From Chromatiales bacterium (GTDB taxonomy: Bacteria; Pseudomonadota; Gammaproteobacteria; Xanthomonadales; SZUA-36): a stretch of 64,000 bases of DNA. Position numbers and translations under genes: made by a program. The notes below the pieces were generated by a model, which had not been told where the DNA came from, made no database searches, and saw only the letters and a list, made by a program, of their open reading frames with translations. Shown here one piece after another: positions 9,897 through 18,321 of this stretch. The first letter of the stretch is position 1. Each line of letters begins with the position of its first letter. Where the stretch lies: positions 44,040 through 108,039 of the forward strand of contig JAHEFT010000001.1 of NCBI GenBank assembly GCA_024640025.1, read 5' to 3'.

Positions 9897-10787
9897 GTGA
9901 TAAGCCTGCCTTACATTGAGCCCGTGTTCCGGCCTCCATCCGAAGCCCGCAGCCTGATCCTGCAGGTGACCAACGGCTGTTCCTGGAACCGTTGCACGTT
10001 TTGCGAAATGTACACCCAGCCGCAGAAGCGTTTTCATCTCAAACCACAGGAAAAAATTGAGGCGGAGCTGAAGCTGATTGCTCAAACAGGTATGCCGGTT
10101 CGGCGAATCTTCCTGGCGGATGGTGACGCCATGACACTTTCGCCCAGGCGGCTCAGCTTGATCATGCAGGCGATCAACCGTTACCTTCCAGAGGTTCAGC
10201 GCGTTTCATCCTACTGCCTGCCGAGAAACCTGAAGCACAAGACCGTCGAAGAAATGGCGAAGCTCAGGGACCTGGGCCTGAACCTGTTCTACGTGGGGTG
10301 CGAGTCGGGCGACGACCTGGTGCTGAAGCGCGTGAACAAGGGAGAAAACTTCGAAACATCCCTTTCCGCCTTGCGAAAAATCAAGGCGGCCGGCTCCAGA
10401 AGTTCGGTGATGATTCTCAATGGCATGGGCGGGAAGCGTTACAGCCACCAACACGCCATCAATTCGGCGCGGCTGATGAACGAAGCTCAACCGGAATATC
10501 TGTCGACTCTTGTGGTGAGTTTCCCGACCGGTGCAGATCGCTACCAGGCAGGTTTCGGCGGTGAGTTCGAACCGCTGGGGCAGAACGGTTTGTTCCAGGA
10601 GATGTTCTGGTTACTGGATGCCCTGGAGCTGGAGAACACGATTTTCAGAAGCGACCACGCTTCTAACTACCTGGTACTCAAGGGCACCCTGAACCGGGAC
10701 AAGCCCCGCTTGCTGCAGACCGTGCGTGATGCTCTTGAAAGTCCGGGCGCAGTGAACCTGCGCCCGGAATGGATGAGGGGTTTGTAA
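9897..10787 (+). CDS. Radical SAM domain protein with non-canonical Cx4Cx2C cluster motif
   Basis: The DNA translates directly to TNGCSWNRCTFCEMY. Length 296 aa, GTG start. Elp3-like spacing of the three cysteines. Confidence 0.75.
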   Translation: MISLPYIEPVFRPPSEARSLILQVTNGCSWNRCTFCEMYTQPQKRFHLKPQEKIEAELKLIAQTGMPVRRIFLADGDAMTLSPRRLSLIMQAINRYLPEVQRVSSYCLPRNLKHKTVEEMAKLRDLGLNLFYVGCESGDDLVLKRVNKGENFETSLSALRKIKAAGSRSSVMILNGMGGKRYSHQHAINSARLMNEAQPEYLSTLVVSFPTGADRYQAGFGGEFEPLGQNGLFQEMFWLLDALELENTIFRSDHASNYLVLKGTLNRDKPRLLQTVRDALESPGAVNLRPEWMRGL

Positions 10788-10812
10788 AAAGGGGGAAAGC
10801 GCAACCCGCCAA

Positions 10813-11214
10813 TTACTTAAGTTTCAGCTGGGTTGCTTTCTTGTTGCCCATGAACTTGGTGATCTTTTTTCCCGCACTTTCAAAATTCTTGATCATTTTC
10901 GAGTATTCAGAGTACTTGGTGACGCTGCGCCGCTCGTAAATCATGTCATCGCCGTCCAGATCAAGAGCCGTGGTTACCATGATCGGTGAGCTCTGTTTCA
11001 GCAGTGCCTCGACAGACTTTTTATCCATGCCCTTCATGTTCCTGACGTCTCCGTTCGGCAACGTTCCTTCCACCTTGGAATTGACCGTTTTGACGTTGGA
11101 AATATTGTACATGGACCCGTTGTATACGATGTTTTTACCAGCATTGTAAGATTTCGAACTGCTGATGCAGCCGGTCATGAAAATCATCAGGATAAACATC
11201 AACAACACACCCAT
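10813..11214 (-). CDS. Small lipoprotein of unknown function
   Basis: The ATG at 11214 gives MGVLLMFILMIFMTGC, a lipobox. The gene is Lys/Asn/Ser-rich and clearly lower in GC than its neighbours. Confidence 0.6.
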   Translation of the reverse strand: MGVLLMFILMIFMTGCISSSKSYNAGKNIVYNGSMYNISNVKTVNSKVEGTLPNGDVRNMKGMDKKSVEALLKQSSPIMVTTALDLDGDDMIYERRSVTKYSEYSKMIKNFESAGKKITKFMGNKKATQLKLK

Positions 11215-11374
11215 GGTGTTGGCGGTGCTGTGTGCCGTGCGTCTGTCAAAAATATGCTTTGCGTTCACTATCGAGTGCTCCGGGTTGATTTGAATGTTCG
11301 CCAAAGGTACCCCTTTACCTTACCGAATTCAATAAAATGTCAGCTTCGAATCAGGTCTGAAATCACTTACGAAC

Positions 11375-12130
11375 TCAGTCGAGCGGTTTTCTGAATTTCA
11401 GGGTCCAGCGGTCCGTATTGCCTGTTACCGTTTTCCGGCCTACCTCGTAAACAAGCTCATCATCAGGGCGGAAATGGAGGTCGGAATAGCCGACAAATTC
11501 GAAACCTGCCGATTCGATTTCCAGGATAGCGAGAACCGGATCGATGCGTCGGCGGTTTTCATTATCATCCGCTTCCATGTGCCGCCGGGTGTGGTCGACG
11601 ACTGCGTAAATCCCACCCGGCTTCAATGCATTGAAAACGGCGGCATTCATGGCGGCACGCCCTTCAGGGCCGAAGTTATGGTAATTCCGGAACGTAAACA
11701 CGATGTCGACGTCATCGACACCCAATTCCCCCATTTCCAGTGCATAAGACCTGGAGCCTTCCGGCCGGAAGATTTTTGCATCTTCCGCAATGACATTGAC
11801 CTGCTCGAAACCTTTCTGGTTGAGCACGTTTTCCTTGACCCGGCCGGTTCCCAGGGCCACATAGAATTCACCGTTCTCTGCCAGTACCGGCGCCAGCAGT
11901 TTTGTGTACCATCCACCGCCGGGCAATAGTTCGACGACCGTCATGTCATCGCGCAGCCCAAAAAATTCCAGTGTTTCGACCGGCTTGCGGTTGTCATCAC
12001 GCTCAACTTCCTCTGCAGTACGGATATCCGAAGCCATCGCTGCATTCAGTTTTGTTTCTACGGACGAATAATCACTTGCCTGGGCAAGGCCGGCAATCAG
12101 CAATAAAAAGGGCACAAAAGATTTAATCAT
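11375..12130 (-). CDS. Class I SAM-dependent methyltransferase-fold protein with signal peptide
   Basis: Signal peptide MIKSFVPFLLLIAGLAQA, motif I-like VVELLPGGGWYT and motif-post-I/III-like IVFTFRNYHNF. Confidence 0.7.
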   Translation of the reverse strand: MIKSFVPFLLLIAGLAQASDYSSVETKLNAAMASDIRTAEEVERDDNRKPVETLEFFGLRDDMTVVELLPGGGWYTKLLAPVLAENGEFYVALGTGRVKENVLNQKGFEQVNVIAEDAKIFRPEGSRSYALEMGELGVDDVDIVFTFRNYHNFGPEGRAAMNAAVFNALKPGGIYAVVDHTRRHMEADDNENRRRIDPVLAILEIESAGFEFVGYSDLHFRPDDELVYEVGRKTVTGNTDRWTLKFRKPLD

Positions 12131-12226
12131 GCAAATTACTCCTGGTGTATGGGTTGGGCAATGACGGAAAGCCGGCGCTCCGCCAGGAGTCCGGCAGTTT
12201 GATTGTAATCGAAGAAGAACCAGCCG

Positions 12227-12535
12227 TCAGGCTGCGACTCTGAATTCCACCGCCCCGTTCGAATTCAGTGCCCGAACCGCCTTCTTAAGACAGTCGCGCA
12301 TTTCAACTTCCCGATTCTTGGTAATCTTGCTTTTGTTGAGACGCAGCATCTCGTGCCAGTACTCAACTTCTGCCTGGAGCAGGTAACGCCTGGAAGATTC
12401 CATATCTTTTGCCCAATCCGGTACCGCGTTCTTACGCGGGCGATATTTTGGAAATCGTCCTGATCGATACACCGTGAAAAATCCTTTTTCACGGTCTTTG
12501 CACCTCCTGTGCAACAAACATGACTGGTAGATCAT
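12227..12535 (-). CDS. Small basic hypothetical protein
   Basis: This is the longest ORF in a low-GC stretch, where stop codons are frequent. There is no obvious SD and no recognised family. Confidence 0.4.
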   Translation of the reverse strand: MIYQSCLLHRRCKDREKGFFTVYRSGRFPKYRPRKNAVPDWAKDMESSRRYLLQAEVEYWHEMLRLNKSKITKNREVEMRDCLKKAVRALNSNGAVEFRVAA

Positions 12536-12730
12536 GTTTGTACTGTGATAATCCAAAATGAATTAAAAGTCAAGGCTAAGGCTGTGAAATCATGCTAATT
12601 CTCAAATATTTCCGCCAGTTGAGAACCATTGTCAATAACCAGGGGCTTGTGGTCCGCAGGGCCTTATAGTTCCCTGAGAGCGGTTGCCGCCGGTTGGATC
12701 ACCGGCCGAGACCATTCATGATGTAGCCCC

Positions 12731-13366
12731 TCAGACCCTGGGCTTGAGCAGCATTTCGAGTTTGCCTTCAGGCAAAAGCAGGCCCCTTTCGAAATCAAGG
12801 CTGCTGAGCATTTCATGCATTTCTATCTGGGAATGGGGGTAGCAAGACATCTGGGCGGTCTGGCGTTTCCTGATACTCAGTGTTTCCTGGTCAATAATAC
12901 CGTACTGAATATTTTCCACGCGAATGGCTAGGTGATGTGCGCCGAACCCATGCACTTTGCTTGCCGGGTGAATCCAGGGCTTCAGAGCCGAGTTGAAAGC
13001 CTTCAGCGCCGCATCGTCAAGGTAGCAAAGAAAATCCCATAACAGGCAAATATCGATTCGCGTGTCCGCCGGAAACCGGAAATGTTCTTCGAACGCATGT
13101 CTCAGCTCTTTTTCGGACAGCCTGGCCTGTTGCTCGCGCACAAAAGCTTCGCTAAACAGGTCGACAAAATGGAGCCGACACTTGAATTGGGAAAAGAAGT
13201 CAACCGTTTCTGGTAAGGCCGGTCCAATTTCCAGCACCGTCAGGCGGTGATCGGGATCGATCGACTTGAAAAGTGACGGGAAAAGCTTGCTCGGCTGGCG
13301 GGACACAATAGGACCTGTTGACGAGAGCCCGCCCGAAGAGTCGAATTTTCTGGCGAGTGAACTCAT
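12731..13366 (-). CDS. Hypothetical protein with degenerate methyltransferase-like fold signature
   Basis: 211 aa. VLEIGPALPET sits where motif I (VLDxGxGxG) would be, but the glycines are lost. ICLLWDFLCYLDD resembles motif IV. It starts 37 nt downstream of the bactofilin gene. Confidence 0.6.
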   Translation of the reverse strand: MSSLARKFDSSGGLSSTGPIVSRQPSKLFPSLFKSIDPDHRLTVLEIGPALPETVDFFSQFKCRLHFVDLFSEAFVREQQARLSEKELRHAFEEHFRFPADTRIDICLLWDFLCYLDDAALKAFNSALKPWIHPASKVHGFGAHHLAIRVENIQYGIIDQETLSIRKRQTAQMSCYPHSQIEMHEMLSSLDFERGLLLPEGKLEMLLKPRV

Positions 13367-13403
13367 CCGGTGTGGGACAATTTCTGCCTGGGTTTCGGGT
13401 CGC

Positions 13404-13997
13404 TTATCCGCTGTTGAGTTTCAGGCCGGGTTCCTTCCTGCCAGAGTCCGCAGTGGAAGCCGCAGATTTCGATGGCGCAGACGCCAATACCTTCTGGCCG
13501 CTGTCGGTTGACTCAGGCCTGCTGGCAGTCGTGGCTCCGGTGGCCGCCTTTTCGGCGCCGGCCGGTTTAGCCGGATTCATGTCGATGCTGCCACGGAAAA
13601 GAGCGCCATCTTCCAGTTGCACCCGGGGCGCAATGATATTGCCCTGCACGCGTCCGGTCCGGGTGATCAGGACCTTTTCACTGCCGCCGACATCTCCGGA
13701 AACCAGCCCGGAAATATTGACCGTCTTGGCAATAATATTGGCCGTGACTTGAGCGGATTCAGCGATATCGACTTCGTCGGTGCACTGGATGCTGCGTCCC
13801 TCGACCCGGCCTTCAACCCTTACGCTGCAGTCCGCCTTTACGTCGCCTTTAATGCTGATGCCCTGACCGATCATGGCGACTTTCGCCCTCGAAAGGGCAT
13901 TGCCGGCCGTCATGGGGGGAGCAGAAGGACTGACCCTGGGTTCCGCGGCGGCGGGGGTAGATTGCTTTGCACTTTTATGCTTGTCAAACATGGCCAT
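13404..13997 (-). CDS. Bactofilin (polymer-forming cytoskeletal protein, DUF583)
   Basis: Repetitive beta-helix core (IGQGISIKGDVKADCSVRVEGRVEGRS...GNIIAPRVQLEDGALFRGSIDM). The N-terminus has an MFDKHK membrane-targeting-like motif. The C-tail is low complexity. Confidence 0.85.
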   Translation of the reverse strand: MAMFDKHKSAKQSTPAAAEPRVSPSAPPMTAGNALSRAKVAMIGQGISIKGDVKADCSVRVEGRVEGRSIQCTDEVDIAESAQVTANIIAKTVNISGLVSGDVGGSEKVLITRTGRVQGNIIAPRVQLEDGALFRGSIDMNPAKPAGAEKAATGATTASRPESTDSGQKVLASAPSKSAASTADSGRKEPGLKLNSG

Positions 13998-14031
13998 ATC
14001 TGTGTACTTTATCGTTCAAGGGGCAATCATC

Positions 14032-14655
14032 CTACCAAGTTGTCCTGTGGCTGTCATCAAAATGAGCCAGGGCCTCATTGTAATGATCGAAACTGTGACA
14101 ACCGCCTTCGAAGACGATGAAATTCGAGATCGGAAGATGCTTTGCCGAGCTCCGCTCCCAGCCGATAACCTCGTCACCCTTGTCCACATAAACAAAGAAG
14201 GGGCTTGCGGCCCCGTAATCAACCCCGGTTTCCAGCGTGCGTAAACGGGCGCTGTGATCCTTCGTCCACTCGTAGTCTTCTAACGTGACGTAATTTCGCT
14301 GCTGCCCCAGCAGCAGGTAACCATGCATGCTGAGATCATAGGCGGGGTTGAAAGCGATGGCAGCCGTTCTGACCCCGGGCCGAACTTTGTTCAACATCAA
14401 CTGCACAATCCGCGCGAACCAGCCCCCCATCGACGATCCGCAAAAAACGGCTTCACTTACCGGTTCCCCTGCCATGGCCAGGATTTCATCAACGTGCTCC
14501 TGCGCTCTCCGGTAGCAGATGGAGACCGGAACAAAATCATAACCCTTTCGCTGCGCAAATTCGGCGACCGCGACGATCTTGGGGTTACCCGAAAAATCGT
14601 CAAGAATCGCCGAATTGAAGCCGTTGAAATAGAAAAACTTTTTAAGCGGTTGCAT
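14032..14655 (-). CDS. yqiA: YqiA/YcfP-type alpha/beta-hydrolase esterase
   Basis: FYFNGFNSA N-terminus and GSSMGG nucleophile elbow; ~200 aa. Its start overlaps the metY 3' end by 14 nt. Confidence 0.7.
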   Translation of the reverse strand: MQPLKKFFYFNGFNSAILDDFSGNPKIVAVAEFAQRKGYDFVPVSICYRRAQEHVDEILAMAGEPVSEAVFCGSSMGGWFARIVQLMLNKVRPGVRTAAIAFNPAYDLSMHGYLLLGQQRNYVTLEDYEWTKDHSARLRTLETGVDYGAASPFFVYVDKGDEVIGWERSSAKHLPISNFIVFEGGCHSFDHYNEALAHFDDSHRTTW

Positions 14656-15916
14656 TCAGGGCCTGGTCAAGATCGGCGATGATGTCCTCGATATCCTCGA
14701 TTCCGACACACAGGCGGATCATGTCCGGAGTGACTCCCGCGGATTCCAGTTCCTCCGGTGACAGTTGCCGGTGCGTGGTCGATGCCGGGTGTGCCGCCAG
14801 GGACTTGGTGTCACCGATATTGACCAGGCGCAGAAACATCTGCAGAGCGTCATAAAACTTCACACCGGCGTCAAACCCGCCCTTGATGCCGAACGTCAGC
14901 AAGGCCGATGGCCGGCCGCCGGCATACTTCTGTGCAAGCTCATAGTAGGGGGAGTCGGGCAAACCCGCGTAGTTCACCCATTTCACCCGCGGGTGGCTGC
15001 TGAGGTAGTTGGCGACAGCGATCGCATTGTCACAATGCCTTTCCATACGCAGGGGCAGGGTTTGCATGCCTTGCAGGATCAGGAAAGCGTTCATCGGGCT
15101 TATCGCCGCACCCGTGTTGCGCAACGGCACGGTGCGCGCCCGGCCTATATACGCCGCCGCACCCAGGGCTTCGGTATAAACCACGCCGTGATAGGAAACC
15201 TCGGGCTCATTGAGCATGTGGAATTTTTTCGGGTAGTCCGCCCAGGGAAATTCTCCGCTGTCCACGATCACTCCGCCAAGCGAATTTCCATGGCCGCCCA
15301 TGTACTTGGTCAACGAGTCGACCACGATGTCAGCGCCCCAGTGGATCGGCTTGACCAGGGCCGGCGTGGCGACCGTATTGTCTACAATCAACGGCACTCC
15401 GGCCTCGTGCGCCATAGTGGCGAGCGCCTCAAGGTCGACGATGTTTCCAGCCGGATTACCGATCGATTCGCAAAAAACCGCTGTCGTCTTGTCATCGATC
15501 AGCTTACGCATGGCTTCAACGCTGTCATCCGCCGCAAAGCGCACCTCGATGCCCATCCTGGGAAACATGTGTTTGAACAGGGTATAGGTTCCGCCATAGA
15601 GCAGGGGCACGGTGACGATATTATTGCCCTGCTCCGCAATGTTGAGTATGGAATAGTGGATAGCGGCACTGCCTGCGCTGAGGCAAAGTCCCCCGATGCC
15701 ATCCTCGAGTTGCGCGCATCGTTGCTCCAGTACATCTGTGGTGGGGTTCATGATGCGCGTGTAGATATTGCCGGGAACGGCAAGATTGAACAGGTCTGCC
15801 CCGTGCTGGGCGTCATCGAACTCGTAAGCGACAGTCTGGTAAATTGGCACGGCAACTGACTTGGTGGCGCTATCGGATTTAAAACCTGCGTGTATAGCCA
15901 GTGTCTGGTCTTTCAT
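14642..15916 (-). CDS. metY: O-acetylhomoserine aminocarboxypropyltransferase (sulfhydrylase), PLP-dependent
   Basis: PLP-lysine motif DSLTKYMGGHG. Length is 424 aa from the ATG at 15916 (MKDQTLAIHAG...). It lies adjacent to metA. Confidence 0.9.
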   Translation of the reverse strand: MKDQTLAIHAGFKSDSATKSVAVPIYQTVAYEFDDAQHGADLFNLAVPGNIYTRIMNPTTDVLEQRCAQLEDGIGGLCLSAGSAAIHYSILNIAEQGNNIVTVPLLYGGTYTLFKHMFPRMGIEVRFAADDSVEAMRKLIDDKTTAVFCESIGNPAGNIVDLEALATMAHEAGVPLIVDNTVATPALVKPIHWGADIVVDSLTKYMGGHGNSLGGVIVDSGEFPWADYPKKFHMLNEPEVSYHGVVYTEALGAAAYIGRARTVPLRNTGAAISPMNAFLILQGMQTLPLRMERHCDNAIAVANYLSSHPRVKWVNYAGLPDSPYYELAQKYAGGRPSALLTFGIKGGFDAGVKFYDALQMFLRLVNIGDTKSLAAHPASTTHRQLSPEELESAGVTPDMIRLCVGIEDIEDIIADLDQALNATA

Positions 15917-15926
15917 GGGATGTCCT

Positions 15927-16994
15927 TCATGCAATATTAAGTGGGTTATAGGGATCGACGCCTTCCATGTATTGCTTCCGCCGGTCCAGGTTGGTGAGTT
16001 GATAAACCAGGCCCAGCCAGTTGGCGACAATGGCCTTGGCGGTGTCGCCCCAGGTATTGTCCAGTTCGGGATCGATCTCGGATTCGAGGAATTCCGGCAG
16101 CGAACGATCTTCCCATAGCGCCTTTTCGGCTTCCCGGACGTACCGGTCCGCTATCAGGGCCGCCCGCTCTGAAAAATAACGTTCAGGAAGCGGCGGAGAT
16201 TTGTGTAACTCACCATTGAGATAGCGCAGGACTTCCCGTTTATATTCCTTCAACAGACTGTTGGTATCGTACTCCGGGTGCCCCTGGAAATAGATAATAC
16301 GGAATTGATCCGGGCTGACAGCCATGTGCACGCCGCCCTCATCGCTTTCGACCAGGACAGCAAGGTTTTCCGCCTCGAGGCATGAGCGCGAGATGTCGTT
16401 ATAGCGCGAATGCGGCACATCGAAACGCGTGTTGATTTCCCGCAGTAAGGGGTGCTGCGGAGCTGTGACCCGATGGCTATACACGCCCCAGCGCTTCTCA
16501 GGCAACGGTTGTCGATCGATGCCATGAAAGTGCTTCAGGACCGCGTGTGTCGCCAGGCAGGAACACAGCGTGGATGCAACGTTTTGCTGAGCCCAGCCGA
16601 TCACTTCCATCAGCGGATTCCAAAACGGCTCATTTTCGAGCGACGGGTTGGACACGTTAGCGCCGGTGATGATCAGGGCATCGAGACCGGATTCCTGCAA
16701 ATCCTCGAACCTGCTGTAATAGCGTTCGATGTATGCCTCGGTATCTCCCCCGCGCGCCAGGCCCGGCAGCGAGAATGGGTAGACAAAAAACTGTGCGATC
16801 CGGTTGCAGCCGCCGACCAGGCGAATGAACTGTCGTTCGGTCGCCTCCAGCGCCGCATCTGGCATCATGTTCAGGAAACCGATATGGAGTTCGCGGATAT
16901 CCTGGTGCATCGCACGGTCCAGCGACAATACTTCATGCCCGTGCTCACGGAGGCGGTCAAAGGTAGGCAGGTCCGAATGCTGAACGAGTGGCAT
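15927..16994 (-). CDS. metA: Homoserine O-acyltransferase, MetA family
   Basis: The conserved N-terminus IRELHIGFLNMMPD and overall MetA layout are present. Length 355 aa. Confidence 0.85.
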   Translation of the reverse strand: MPLVQHSDLPTFDRLREHGHEVLSLDRAMHQDIRELHIGFLNMMPDAALEATERQFIRLVGGCNRIAQFFVYPFSLPGLARGGDTEAYIERYYSRFEDLQESGLDALIITGANVSNPSLENEPFWNPLMEVIGWAQQNVASTLCSCLATHAVLKHFHGIDRQPLPEKRWGVYSHRVTAPQHPLLREINTRFDVPHSRYNDISRSCLEAENLAVLVESDEGGVHMAVSPDQFRIIYFQGHPEYDTNSLLKEYKREVLRYLNGELHKSPPLPERYFSERAALIADRYVREAEKALWEDRSLPEFLESEIDPELDNTWGDTAKAIVANWLGLVYQLTNLDRRKQYMEGVDPYNPLNIA

Positions 16995-17065
16995 AGATGA
17001 TTCTAACCCCGATCAGGCGCTTTTCAAGCCGGTGACCGAACCGGCGAAGCCGAATCTCATTTTCC

Positions 17066-17096
17066 TGAAAAACCCGGATGCGGATCCGGGTTTTTC
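17066..17096 (-). terminator. Intrinsic terminator downstream of fbaA (bidirectional architecture)
   Basis: A 7-bp GC-rich stem cccggat/atccggg with a 4-nt loop, flanked by A5 and T5. It lies 17 nt past the fbaA stop. Confidence 0.8.
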
Positions 17097-17112
17097 TCTC
17101 TGGCGGACTTGA

Positions 17113-18192
17113 TCACGCTCCGGCGACAGACCGGCCCTTTGAGCCCAGATCATTGCAGGCTTCCTGCAGGCGCGCCACGACTCCCTGTTCTCCAGCCCGC
17201 AGGTATTTCCGCGGATCATAGAACTTCTTGTAGGGTGTCCCGTCATCAGGGTCGACCTGGTAGAGAAATGCCTTCGGATTCTCGTTGACGAATTTCCCGA
17301 CCGGTTCGGAAAAGGCGAACTGTGTGTCTGTATCGATGTTCATCTTGAACACGCCATAACCAACGGCTTCGGTAATCTTGGCCTTCTCGGAGCCTGAACC
17401 ACCGTGAAACACGAGGTGCAGGGGGTTGTCCCCGGTACCATGAGTCTTCTGGACCAGGCTCTGCGAATTCCTGAGGATTTCCGGGCGCAGCTTGACGTTA
17501 CCTGGCTTATACACGCCATGCACATTGCCGAATGATGCCGCCACGGAAAAGTGCCCGATGGGGTTAAGCAGATTGTAAGCGCGCAAAACATCTTCCGGTT
17601 GGGTGTAGAGCTTGGAATTGTCCTCGGCCTCGTCGAACTCGCTACCGACACCATCTTCTTCACCGCCCGTCACGCCGAGTTCGATTTCCAGTGACATGTC
17701 GATTTTCGCCATCCGCTCCAGGATGCGGGCACATTCGCTGAGATTGAAATCAATGGGGTCAGCGGACAGGTCCAGCATGTGGGAGCTGAACAGGGGTTTG
17801 CCGTGCTGCTCATAGTACTTTTCACCCTCATCCAGCAGCGCTTCGATCCATGGAATCAACTCGCGGTTGGCGTGGTCCGTATGCATGGCCACGCAGATAC
17901 CGTAATGTTCCGCCAGGAGGTGTGCGTGTTGTGCAGCGGCTACCGAACCGAGCACTTTCGCCTTGAAACTATCCGCCATGCCGGCGCCGGCGTAGAACGC
18001 ACCGCCACTATTGGAAAGCTGGATGATGATGTCCGAATTAGCCTTGGCAGCCGCCTCCATGACCGCATTGATGCTGTTGGTGCCAACAACATTAACGGCC
18101 GGCAGGGCATAGCCGCCGGCTTTGGCTGCATTCACCAGGGTTTTGTAGCCTTCACCGGTGACTACTCCCGGTCTTAGTAATTTGTCGGACAT
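17113..18192 (-). CDS. fbaA: Fructose-bisphosphate aldolase, class II
   Basis: 359 aa with the VAMHTDHA zinc-site motif and an overall class IIa FBA sequence. Confidence 0.92.
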   Translation of the reverse strand: MSDKLLRPGVVTGEGYKTLVNAAKAGGYALPAVNVVGTNSINAVMEAAAKANSDIIIQLSNSGGAFYAGAGMADSFKAKVLGSVAAAQHAHLLAEHYGICVAMHTDHANRELIPWIEALLDEGEKYYEQHGKPLFSSHMLDLSADPIDFNLSECARILERMAKIDMSLEIELGVTGGEEDGVGSEFDEAEDNSKLYTQPEDVLRAYNLLNPIGHFSVAASFGNVHGVYKPGNVKLRPEILRNSQSLVQKTHGTGDNPLHLVFHGGSGSEKAKITEAVGYGVFKMNIDTDTQFAFSEPVGKFVNENPKAFLYQVDPDDGTPYKKFYDPRKYLRAGEQGVVARLQEACNDLGSKGRSVAGA

Positions 18193-18321
18193 AGTGGGAT
18201 CCTCATGTATATATCAAAGAAAAGTACGTCGCAGGTCACCTAAAATTCCGGTTACTGCACATCCTTCAAGTTTCGGGGTTGCACGTGACTATTTCAAGGC
18301 AGTTTCGAAAGAAGCTTTGTC

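Noticed and set aside
8485-10787. The idea that the peroxidase and radical-SAM pair is a RiPP cluster.
   Set aside because: No short precursor-like ORF, protease or exporter lies adjacent, and the 41-nt spacer holds no ORF. I kept it only as a neighbourhood curiosity.
14765-15859. A 364-aa plus-strand ORF opposite metY.
   Set aside because: It is fully antisense to a gene with clear PLP-enzyme motifs. Its composition is Arg/Gly/His/Val-rich, typical of shadow ORFs in GC-rich DNA, and it has no recognisable domain.
15917-16030. N-terminal extensions proposed by the ORF track. This covers metY to 16030, and likewise the lacI-family gene to 38347, GH3 to 33144, aguA to 40546 and the asparaginase from 464.
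   Set aside because: The extensions overlap neighbouring genes or add non-homologous residues ahead of conserved N-termini or signal peptides. Internal ATG or GTG codons with RBS-like sequences fit better.
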